Below are positions 48,669 through 60,505 of a DNA stretch of 64,000 bases, one piece after another. Every line of letters begins with the position of its first letter. Position 1 is the stretch's first letter. This DNA comes from Callorhinchus milii (lineage: Eukaryota): the NCBI RefSeq assembly GCF_018977255.1, contig NW_024704742.1, positions 129,334,001 to 129,398,000 on the forward strand, read 5' to 3'. A model generated the notes under the pieces. It was not told where the DNA came from, did not search any database, and saw only the letters and a program-made list of their open reading frames with translations. The position numbers were made by a program, and so were the translations under genes.

Positions 48669-48822
48669 TTTTCGGACATCTCCGATGATAATGCTGAGGA
48701 AGAACCGCAAGGAAGCACTTCTGCTGAGCAAGCTGAGAACATTAGACAACCGGAAGAACCGCAGTTCAATGTGGAAAGGGAAATTGTGCTCCTAGATACA
48801 GAGGATTTTCCAAAGATAAGCA
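48669..48822 (+). CDS. HERC1: HERC1-like coding exon 21 (acidic, low conservation)
   Basis: ttttcag|FSDISDDNAEEEPQGSTSAEQAE...DFPKIS A|gtgtgt; 154 nt; phase 1 matches the next exon and restores K-VLECFL (human K-IFQCFL). Confidence 0.78.
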
Positions 48823-49697
48823 GTGTGTAAACTGATTTTCAATGCTTTGTTTTGCAGAATTGTAACATTTTGATACACATCAATAGTTTTCAGAAATAAT
48901 CCTGAGTATTTCAAAACTCAAAACTCATTGTTTGCGTTTGGCACTTTTTATGTTCATAGCAACTGCAATAGGAATTGCTTTGAATAAAAGATATAATGTC
49001 CATCAAATATTATGGTTAAGTAAGTATCAAAATATTTGAAGGAGTACATTTTTACTTGAGGCATTCTTAATGGCAATATTTCTTAATTGTAATTCTGAAC
49101 TAAATTATATAATATTTGTATATAATTAATATGATTCTCTGTAGCTCGTACTTTCTACATCAAATTCAATTTTTGGACTTTATTGTTTGCTACATTCTAT
49201 AGTTCCTGTTATATTAGAATGGACATTATTGGTTCTTACTGTTTAACACAATTCCTCTGTGAAATGCAGGAAAACTTCAATATAGTGTGGTCAGATGGGT
49301 CCACTATCTCAGAAGCCATGAAATGTGAAAGGTAGCTTATTTTCAGGTTGTCAGATCACTCCCAACACCACTTCATGGCCATTATTTCTTTGAGAAGTGC
49401 CTTTTGGCACACAGGAAATAGGATTTCCTCCATGTACGCAGGAAGTGGCTTTAGCAGTGACTTTAGACCTAAGAGTCATCCATTTTCTAATATGGGAAGT
49501 TTCACTAGCCGGCACCGGAGCCCAGTTAGTACGGGTTCACAGTAGACCCATGTTATAAGTGAGAGAGCACTCTAGTGTATGAGAACAACACAGAGGGGAC
49601 CTGAATGACACTATAGCGGGTTCCCTTTTATCTAAGTAAATAAGGCAATATTGAGATATGTACTTAGTGGTGTGTTTTTTTTCCCCCTATCTCACAG

Positions 49698-49992
49698 AGG
49701 TTTTGGAGTGTTTCCTAGCTCGAAAAGCAGCCTGTCACCATGAAAATGAAACTGTTTATGAATATTCGGGCACAAGTACCAGGCCGAGCAGTGCAGGCAG
49801 TGTGGACGTCCCAGAGGCTGAAACCGCTCAGAAGGAAAAACGAAAAGATTCGACAGACCAGTACTCCTTTTTCTCCACATGTCACTATGTGATATCACGT
49901 TGTGCCTTCTTGATCCTTGGAGTCAGAGCCATGTGGCAGAAGAAGGGGTGGCTGGAAGAAGAGCCCACCTTGACTGATCCTATTCCACCAAG
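49698..49992 (+). CDS. HERC1: HERC1-like coding exon 22
   Basis: cacag|VLECFLARKAA...STCHYVISRCAFLILGVRAM...DPIPP AG|gttcgc; 295 nt. Confidence 0.85.
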
Positions 49993-50469
49993 GTTCGCCA
50001 TTATTTAAACTTGAGGCCTGCTCCCATACTCCAAAACAAGTTTTCATTCAAAAAGAATGCATGTTCATTCACTATTCAGCTCAAAGTCGTAACTAATCTC
50101 TGCTCATATGATTCCTGAACTGCTGTCTTTAATTTGACTCCCTTAGAGGGTGGAAAAAAATAGGAAAAATTGTAGAATCCTTGCGTAGTGCCATGTTAAA
50201 GCCGGAAGCAAGAAGACATTGGTGGGGGCAGAGAAAGATGCTTCCACCTTACTCAGGTTCAGCTGAGGTCCATCCAGAACTTGATATCTGGCAGGCAGGT
50301 GGTCAGAACATCAGTGGACCTGAAATGAAGGGTAGAAGTAGAATGGTTGGATTGTGTGTCATCTGTTTTATGAGATACTAACTGTACCCATTGCAGGTTC
50401 GCTCGCAACCAAAGGATTCGATATGTAATGCAGATTGACACAGATTGACATTTCATTTACACTGAGTGT

Positions 50470-51190
<721 letters not shown>

Positions 51191-51666
51191 CACATGGGAG
51201 GACTCTAGCTCCCATGACAACCAGAAAAAAGAGGCCATACATTTGTTGCAGAATATAGTTGGATCTTTCTGAACGGTGTGTGCTTTCCTCTGTCACTATG
51301 TAGTTGCAGAATCTGATGCATAACTCATATTTTGGGGCTTAATTAAAGCATTTTTTGATATAGCTCATCATTGATAGGAGATCCTCCTCCCAAAAAATAT
51401 GCCCATGACACTGCCAGAGGCAAGACCTTTCCGATGAAGTATAAATCATGCCTTTACGTCAATTGGTTATGGCGTTTGTTGGATACAATGACACACAGAT
51501 AGTCATTGTGATTTTATTAGTATAGAAGATGAATAAGAGAGGAGGATGTGGAATACAAATGATCCACTGAGCAACAGAAAATGATCAAATTCCATTGTGA
51601 TTTTATTTTCTACAAGCATTTGCAATAATAATAACCTAATGTTTATTATTTCTTTGTTTTGCATAG

Positions 51667-51760
51667 AAAAGTAGCTTCTGCACAAGATGAGCAGACTTTC
51701 AGTAATCGATCCAGACTCAACCTCGGTGAATCCAGTGCAAGGAAACAAGTGCACAAGGAA
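51667..51760 (+). CDS. HERC1: HERC1-like coding exon 23 (divergent)
   Basis: ttttgcatag|KVASAQDEQTFSNRSRLNLGESSARKQVHKE|gtatgt; 94 nt. Called from splice signals and phase (2 to 0), not from homology. Confidence 0.65.
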
Positions 51761-53228
51761 GTATGTATTACAGTCTCCTAACAGCTTAAACTGGAAAGCA
51801 TTACTAGCAACATTTATTAAGACCATAACCATGGACTCTCCTCAGAAAATGGAATGTTCTAGTGGTAAACTCTTAAGTAAGGTCAAGTATTTTGGCAGTG
51901 ACGTTGAGGTGTTTCACATCCGTAAAATTACCTTTGTAGAAGAAAGAGGATGCTGTAAATATGTTTGGGAAACTTTTACCTGTTAAGCACCCTTTCTATC
52001 CCTATTACTTTGAAAATGACCTGTTTCATTCTTTAATCTTGGCTTGTAAAAATATTGAAAGTTTTAAATGTTTCCTGGCCGAATTGTCAAAGCATCCTTT
52101 GTGGATTCCTCAGCATTATGTCCCACTGGTGCTTGGCATTGTAATTATGTGCATGCATTATTGAATGTGGCTCCCATGCTGATGTAGTCCTTGAAGTTTC
52201 AGAAAGCGTAATTTCAAAGCATCAATCTTGGCTTACTATAGTGCTGAGGGTAAAAGCACTGACCTGTGGAAAAATACCCCATAGACACCAGAGAGTTGTA
52301 GGTTTGATTCTCAGTGCTGTGTTAGCTGATCTCGGGCTTGTAAGTTATAAGGGTGTGAAATTTAGCCTTGCTTCCTCCCCAGGCGAGCGAGTTGAAAAAT
52401 CAGCCAGGGTTTGCACACCTGATTGCTATCCAGTAATCTCTGCTGGAAAATTGGATGTGCAGATGTTGAGTTTTCAACAGGATTTAGGAAATTCTAACTG
52501 AACTCAGTGACTGGGGGCTTTGGAGGCTTAGCTGTGTACTTAACTGGTTGAATAGCCTGCTTTCGTTTGGAGACTGACAGCTTGCTGCGGTACCAGTTGT
52601 TTGCTGTGGCCTGTGGAAATGTGCCCATCAAGACTCAGCACCTTTCGCAAAGCAGAATAGAAAACTGGCCCACCTGTCCCCCTTTCTCTCCTTCTTCTTC
52701 CCACGGCTATGGTCTTAGTAAGTTTGAGTCTTTATTAGACCTTCCCCAACAATCTTGTAGATGACGGTGCTATTTGTGCAGCACAAGGCTATTATAGACC
52801 AGAAAGTGGTTGGTTCCAATTTCATTGTGTACTCAGTTATGCATTCCTGCATATACTGCTTTCTGGATATCTATATTTTTCCTTCTTGAAAGCTTATATG
52901 GATCCTGCCACATTCCTGGCAGAGCATTCAATATCCTAATAACCCCAATTCCGCCAAATCTCCCCCTTTGGTAGTTATCTTCAATTGAATCCCTGACTCA
53001 CTGACCAGTGAGAATGAATTTTCTCTCTAATTACTCCTTATCAAAACCACTTATCATTTGAAAGATTTTTAACCTGTGAAAATAGGCTCAGTTCATCCAT
53101 TCGTTCAATGGTGAGGAGAAAAATTGATGAGTAAACAAAGAAACATAATTACAGATTTATGTAACCACTTATTCTAACAAGTAAATTATTTATACAAATA
53201 TAAATTGATTTGTTCTGCTTTGTTCCAG

Positions 53229-53280
53229 CTTTCTGAAGGTCAGTTCAAAATACAATCAAGATCATCTGAACAAACACTAG
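53229..53280 (+). CDS. HERC1: HERC1-like coding exon 24 (divergent, 52 nt)
   Basis: ttccag|LSEGQFKIQSRSSEQTL G|gtattg; phase 0 to 1 bridges the flanking exons. Confidence 0.65.
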
Positions 53281-54297
53281 GTATTGTTTCCTTGTATTTC
53301 CTTGTAATCATTGTATTAAGTGCAGGTGTCGTTTTATATTATATAAGATTTATATTAAAGCTACAGTTATCTACATTCATTCCAAATAGAATAATCTTTG
53401 CACTTGATATAACATCTTATCACGTGATTGAAGCATCTCAAAGTGCTTCATTAAGTTTTATTATAAAGGTTAGCGACTGTATTTGTGGACAGATGCATCA
53501 GCCAATTTACCTGCAGCATTGTCCCACAAAAATCCATGAAGCGAATGACCAATTTCAACTGAGGGATTGGTGGCCTGGGCACTGGAAGAAACTGTCTTCA
53601 CTTATTGTGTAGTGATGTGGGATCTTTAACATCAGCCTGGACAGGCAGATAGGACCTTCGTTTGACATCTTATCTGAAGGACAGCAACTCACTATAATCA
53701 CTACATAGGAATGTCAACCCCGACCCCATGATTTCAAATTCCCCAAAGTAATTAAAGTACTAATTCCAGAAAATATTGGACACTGGTTGATAAGAGCTTA
53801 TTTCCTTGTGGGATCCTAGATTCTGTGTTGAGGCACTGCTAGAGTTTAAACAGTGAAAATCGTATTGATTGAACAGCTGGAAAGTTTCACACTGCATGTT
53901 TAACCCTAATTGTTAGAGCCTTTGGCTTGTAGAGTTAACAGAAACTCAGTGCGAAGAATTCACTTTTTATAAGAATTCTGGATTATTGGATTAAGAAACA
54001 TGGAGGCCTTAACATCACAAACCTCATGGAGGAATAATAGAATAGAGCAATATGGCTCAGTTCAATAGACATTCCTTCAATTCATTTGACATTCATTCAC
54101 CTCCTGCTGTTTTAGAGACATAACTGGGCACAAGTTTTGCCTTTTGCCTCCAAATACATGGTAACAACTACTTTGTAGCGCTTTGAGACATTTTGATATG
54201 ATCAGGCTTTATATCAAATACAGGCATTATTACGATTATTGTCTATGTACTGGGAAGGTTTATTCCTGTTTATACCAGAATTTGTTTTTTCACCTAG

Positions 54298-54533
54298 GAT
54301 TGCAACTTTGTTCACTGGGAATTATGAAAGATGCCTGGCAGCTGTTGAGACAGTGCATTAGTCCATCAGAGAGTGTCCACCCCACCTCTTTTGCACCTTT
54401 GCTGAATGATATCTTCCAGTTTCTCTGTGGACACCTTGCTCGCACTTCAAACCTGGTAGAACAAGAAGCAGGCAAGGAGGCTGACCCTAAAGCAATTATT
54501 ACAGCAATGGGTCACCAGCAGCAAAGGGCAGAG
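54298..54533 (+). CDS. HERC1: HERC1-like coding exon 25
   Basis: cctag|LQLCSLGIMKDAWQLLRQ...DPKAIITAMGHQQQRAE|gtaaga; 236 nt; human ...ASIIAMEQQQLRAE. Confidence 0.88.
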
Positions 54534-55072
54534 GTAAGAGTGTTCATGATATCAGCCAGTATAATACTCTTACCCATACAGATACCACCGATGTGAATGT
54601 TGCTCAGTACAACAACAACTTGCATTTGTATAACGCCCCTCACGCTGGGTGGCATCCCAGAGTTCATGACAGTGGTGGAGCATGATGCAGAGCCAGGGAG
54701 GGCACGGTCAAATAGGAAGGTCTTCAGGGGCAACCTGAAGGTGGGTAAGGAAGGGGCAAGTACTGCTAGATTAATTGATCAAAATAATTAATGATCCTAG
54801 CATACTGGTAAGACATTAATATGTATTATCACTACAATACCCAAACCAAATGCACTAAAATGTTTAATATTTTCTACTTTCATTACCTAACTCACAAAAG
54901 GTCACAACGTGTTCAAGTGAAAAGAGAGGCAACTATACATACAGTGCAAGACAATACTATTGGTGACATGTCACTTCATTTATCCGTGTCAAACTGCTTT
55001 GTTTGAGTCAAATTGAAATCTACTTGACCATAATTTTCTCAAAATTGCCCAATCGCAAACTCTTAAAACTCC

Positions 55073-55753
55073 GAAACATCGCCAGGCTACGGCACTACCT
55101 CACCCCCTCACGCTGCTGAAACTCTGTTCCACGCCTTTATCACCTCAAGGCTGGACTACGGGAACTCTCTCCTCGCCGGCCTTCCCAGCACCTCCCTCCA
55201 CAAGCTGCAGGTCATTCAGAACTCTGCAGCTCGTGTACTGTCCCGCACCAGGCTTCACAACACATCACTCCCACCCTCGCTCGCCTCCACTGGCTCCCCA
55301 TCCCCCAGAGGATCGAATTCAAGATCCTCATCCTCACCTACAAGGCCATTCACAGCCTTGCTCCCTCCTACCTCTCCGACCTACTATCCCCCTACTTACC
55401 TGCCCATACCCTCTGTTCCTCTGGCTCCGGTCTGCTCCACATCCCCCGCCCCAACCGCCCTACCATTGGTGGCCGGGCCTTCAGCCTCTTAGCCCCGAGG
55501 CTCTGGAACTCCATCCCCCAGTGCCTTCGCCGCCTCCTCCCTTTCCTCCTTCAAGGCCGGTCTCAAGACCTTTCTCTTTGACCGTGCCTTCAGCTCCCCT
55601 CTCAACTCTCTAGCCCCTCCTCGCCCCACCCTTCCCTCCCCTCACCCTGACCATTTCCCCCCAATGCTCGGGTCCCGACCCAACTGTCCAGCGCCTTGGG
55701 ACATCCTCCCGACGTGAAAGGTGCTCTATAAATGGAATCTTGTTGTTGTTGTT
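55073..55753 (+). mobile_element. Young 5'-truncated L2 LINE
   Basis: Nearly identical to 8112-8880; (TTG)n tail. Confidence 0.93.
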
Positions 55754-56316
55754 AAAACATAGTGGAACAAGGTTTGTATCAATTATTCAAAACCAATTAG
55801 TGAAACAGGCTGTAAATAATGCTATAATTTACACGTTTAAGAGTTTGGGATTTGTTTAGACACAGATTATAAATTGCTAGAAATAAAAAGGAAATCTGAA
55901 TGCTGGAAATCCACATAATTAGTCAGTGCCTGAGCCTTAAGTCAATACGCCCCCAGCCTCTAGAACTCTCTGCCTTTATCGCTCTGACTCATGCCTTCTC
56001 GATCTGTCTTTAAATCCCATCTTAAAACCTACCTCTTCGACCACGCCTTTGAACACCTTCCCATTTCCCCTTCATTCTAGCTTTGCCACTGAAGCGATCC
56101 CAAGATGTTTTCCTAAGCATAGGGCACTATATAAATACAAGAGGTTGTTGCTGTTGTATTCAATCATTTTCAGATTCTGATAGTCCTGTTGTGGAGATTT
56201 CTACCATTTTGTTTGTATTATGTGTTGCTAAATTCTAAAACTTAATCCTAAGGAATGCATTAATCATCCCTAACATTTTAGTTTCAAAAATCAAACGCTT
56301 GATTTCTTTGTCACAG

Positions 56317-56526
56317 CTTCGTCTTGAGGCTCTTTGCCAAATTTCATCTTTTCTCTCTGAAATGGAGGGAAAAGGCCCCTGCTCATCTGAGGTATCAGGG
56401 CTGCCTTTAAAGTCGTCTGGCCTACTAATGTCAGTCCAGTTGCAGTTTTTGACCGGCTGCTTTGATCTGGGGACAGCAAACTCTGCAAATAATAAACAGA
56501 GTATCGGAAAACTGCAGCATTATACG
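56317..56526 (+). CDS. HERC1: HERC1-like coding exon 26
   Basis: cacag|LRLEALCQISSFLSEMEGKG...SVQLQFLTGCFDLGT...GKLQHYT|gtaagt; 210 nt. Confidence 0.93.
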
Positions 56527-57271
56527 GTAAGTGATCAATTCCTCCATTTTGGGCTGCTTAGAAGAGAATGCAGTTTATCAAAATGACATAAGCATTTAAA
56601 ACAGGTAAACATGCAACAAAACACTTCACAACTTCAGATACCTAACTTTATAAACAGAAAATGTCTGCTGTTGATTGACCACAGAATCTGAGCCTAATGG
56701 TTATGTACTGGAAGAGGAAATAGAAAGCTTAAAACACGACGTTAGGTATTTGGGGTTAACCAAAACTAAAACAGTCTGTTCAGATGTCTTTTATGGTATT
56801 TCTATACATAAGTGTTTGCAGATGAAGCTTCAGTTATTCTTCTTAAATGTCATAGTTATCATCTTTAACTTCATGGTTTTCCTCAGTCAAAAAATTGTTA
56901 TAGTCATAAATATGATGGGGAAATTTAAGAATATTGCATCTTAAACATTTTCATGTTGCCTTGTATTCATTTGATTCTATTTTTGAAACCTTTATTGTAT
57001 CACTTCGGACGTTGGTCATGCACGGGCAGTATAGTACTATATTAAATAAGAACAAGCTCCTTTGACACCATTTTCAACTAGACTGATATACTGTTGAACG
57101 TTAAAGATAATTTGTTTTCTTTTTATCATTTTAAACATTTATAAGCTAAGTCTAATGTCAGCAGAGCTTATATACCCTCTGCATTGCATACTGTATAAAT
57201 CTACTTCAATTTGAAATGTTCTTGGCTATAAAATAAATTGTAAGCCATGTTTTATTAACCTTTCCCTTCAG

Positions 57272-57392
57272 GATGTGACCCAAGCTGCTCGTGGAACTAC
57301 ACAAACCGAGCTCCAGACTGGAGCCCACAAACTCTACCAGCAGTTGGTGTCCGCTCTGAAGAAGGGACTTGCGAGTGGAAAGGACCTCTCAG
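57272..57392 (+). CDS. HERC1: HERC1-like coding exon 27
   Basis: cttcag|DVTQAARGTTQTELQTGAHKLYQQLVSALKKGLASGKDLS G|gttttc (weak donor); 121 nt. Confidence 0.85.
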
Positions 57393-57929
57393 GTTTTCAA
57401 CTTTGTAACTCAGATTACTTATATAAATGCAAATTTTAAATAGACCTAATTAATAGTGAGTGTTGCAACTGTTAATATACGAAGACTTGTCACTTGAATG
57501 CCATGATTTTCGTCAAGAAATTGAACACTAATATTTTTGTTAGCTTCTCATCACTGAAATTTTAAATTCATTACCTAATCCTGGTCGCTGAAACACGCCT
57601 ATTTATTTTGGAGCCTTTGGATTTTTTTTAAACAAGAGAAAAACAATGATTTGTGAGGTGATTGGAAATATTTGCAGCTTTTTTTTTCAATTGGACTAAA
57701 TGTTTTACAAGCTCCCAGTTGGTCATGTATGTATATTTAAAGTGTTTATAAACTAAAAATAGGTTACTTTGACATTATTTTAATACTGATATTTGACTGA
57801 TATCTAATAATTTGTTAAATCAACTCTTGGGATTTGTGAAAAGAAGACTAATCATGTTTCAGAAATACAGATTTTTGTTTTTAAAGTTCACCTGTATCAT
57901 TTATAATTCTAAATGTTTTATGATCGCAG

Positions 57930-58167
57930 GAGCCCAGCAACATCTTCTGTTGGCCACCATATTTGCCTTAAATATTCGCTACCAGCCTACTGACCTATCG
58001 GTGGTCATTAGCACTGGTCTCCTGGAAGCCCTTTCGAAGCTGACAAACTCCTGCCTTCTACTAAACCAACGCTGGCTGATGGCTTCAGTGTCTGGCCATT
58101 CCCAGCTGAATGTCGCATTAAAACTGGCCAGTGCCAGGCTTCTGCAGATTTTAGCCATAACTGCGAG
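57930..58167 (+). CDS. HERC1: HERC1-like coding exon 28
   Basis: cgcag|[31 protein letters not shown]...[17 protein letters not shown]|gtaagt; 238 nt. Confidence 0.93.
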
Positions 58168-58194
58168 GTAAGTATTAGCAGTGTTCTTCAGAGC

Positions 58195-59745
58195 TTTGTC
58201 CTCGATCGTCTCCTCTTCAACCTATACATACTTTTTCTTGGTGACATCATCCGCAGACATGAGGTCAGCTTCCACATGTACGCGGGTAATACCCAACTCT
58301 ATCTCTCTACCTCCACCCTGTCCTCACAGACTGCCTGTCAGACATCAAGTCCTGGATGAGACCCAAATTTCTACAGTTGAACATCAGCTAGACAGAGGCT
58401 CTCCTGATTGGCTCCCGTCAGCGCCTCCACACCTTAGGCAGTGGCAGCATCAGCATCCACCTCACCAAGCCAGTCAAGAACCTGGGCATTTTGTTCGACC
58501 CTCAACTGTCCTTTCTCCCCTTCATCCGTGCCATAACCCCCTCTGCCTTCCCCCACCTCCGCAATATTGCCCAATTCCGCCACTGCCTCACCCCTCAGGC
58601 CGTTGAAATCCTCATACTTGCCTTCATTACATCTAGGCTCGTCTATGCCAACGCCCTGCTTGTTGGTCTTCCCTCCATAAGCTACAAATCATAGAATTAT
58701 ACAGCACAGAAAGAGGCCATTCGACCCATCGTGTATGTGCTGGTTCTTTGAAAAGAGTTATCCAAATCAATCCCACTCTCCCGTGCTCTCCCCATAGCAC
58801 TGCAAACTTGTCCTCCCCAAATAATTATCTACTCTCTTAAAACTTGTTATTGAATCGGCTTCTACCACCCTATCAGGCAATCCATTCCAGATCCAAACAA
58901 CTCGCTGTGTGAAAACATCTCCCCTCTGTTTCTTTCAACAACTATTTTAACTCTGTGTCCTCGGGTTACCGACCCACCCGCCAGTGGAAAAGTTTCTCCT
59001 TGTTCATCCTGTTGAAACCCTTCATAATTTTGAAAACTTCTATCAAGTCTCCCGTTAACCTTCTCTGCTCCAAGGAGAATAATCCTAGCTTCTCTAGCCT
59101 CTCCTGATAACTGAAGCCCCTCATTCCTGGTACCAGCCTGGTCAATCTCCTTTGCACTCTCTCCAATGCCTTGACATCCTTCCTAAAGTGTGGTGCCTGA
59201 ACTGAACACAGTCTCTCGCTGAAGCCTAACCATCGTTTTATAAAGGTTCATCATAATCTTACAACTTTATCCAGAACCCTGGAGCTTGTGTCCTCTCCCT
59301 CACCAGGCTCCATGACCCCATCACACCCATCATCTCCCAGCTCCACTGGCTCCCCATCCCTTAGAGGATCGAGTTCAAAATCTTCACCTTCAAGGCCCTC
59401 CATGGCCTTGCCGCTTCCTACCTCTCCGAACAGCTAACTCCTTATCAACCTGTCCACTCTGTCCGCTAAACAGCCCATGTCCCCCACCCATGTCCGCCCC
59501 ACCATCAGCGGTCAGGCCTTCAGCCTCTCTGCCCCTACCCTCTGGAACACCATCCCACACTACCTTTGCCTCGCTCACTCCTTTGCCTCCTTCAAGGCAT
59601 GCCTGAACACCCTTCTCTTCAACCGTGCCTTTGGCCACCCTCTCTGCCCTCCACCCTCCCTGATGCCACGCCCCCACCGCTCGGGTCCTATTGACCCTGA
59701 TTGTTCAGCGCCTTGGGACACTTTACAAATGTAATTTTGTATTGT
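58195..59745 (+). mobile_element. L2 LINE fragment split by a CR1 insertion
   Basis: FDPQLSFLPFI...AFITSRLVYANALL before the insertion; ctccactggctccccatcc...gccttgggac after it. Confidence 0.88.
58688..59258 (-). mobile_element. CR1 3' fragment nested in L2
   Basis: ERVQRRLTRLVPGMRGFSYQERLEKLGLFSLEQRRL; same subfamily as 36555-37510. Confidence 0.9.
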
Positions 59746-59882
59746 GTTGTATTAGCATTATATCAACATTTATGTTAAACAGCCTAACAATTGCAGATTA
59801 TTTTAACCAACAAATCTCAAATCTTCCTGGTTTCAACTGCAAATAGAATTTGTTTAGCAGCAATCACCCTGGCAACAACTTC

Positions 59883-59908
59883 ATATATATATATATATAT
59901 ATATATAT
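59883..59908. repeat. (AT)n microsatellite
   Basis: Direct sequence. Confidence 0.9.
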
Positions 59909-60332
59909 TAGAGCACCTTTCCCTCAGGCTAGCATTGCAGAGCACTCCCTACAGGGCAACTTACTTTTGTTTGTAGTGCAGTTCTGACATCTGGCGTGGA
60001 ATGGCTGGCCTCCGATGCTGGAAATGGCTGCCATTGATATCATTTGGAAATTGTGTCTTGGAAATGATTGGAGATCCACCTGAGCAGGCAAGCAGGTTTA
60101 ATGACTTATGCAAAGGACGCATCTCCAACAATACAGTGCTGTCAACAGTTCTCAACTAGGGTGTCAGCCTGGACTGTGAGTTTGAAGTTTTAACATGGGG
60201 TTTCAACCCCCAACCTCCTAACCCAGAGCAAAAGTACTACCCAACTAAGCCAAACTGGCAGATATGGATTTGTTTGACATTTGTCCTTTGTATTGATCCT
60301 TTTTAACTTTTGATTTGTTTGTATAATTGCAG

Positions 60333-60505
60333 TTCCTGTGCAGACAACTTGTGCCCTGAGGTGGTTCAAGCACCAATGGATGTGCTGTGCTGTCAGCTGC
60401 AAAATTTCCTGCATGCGATGTGTGGAAATCCAGACCGTGAATTTAGTGGGGAAGGACCTGTAGAACAATCAAGCAGTGAACCGGCAGCCAAACCAGAAAG
60501 TAAAG
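60333..60505 (+). CDS. HERC1: HERC1-like coding exon 29 (last one found in window)
   Basis: ttgcag|SCADNLCPEVVQAPMDVLCCQLQNFL...AKPESK G|gtgggc; 173 nt; human TYADKLSPKVVQSLLDLLCSQLKNLL. Confidence 0.88.
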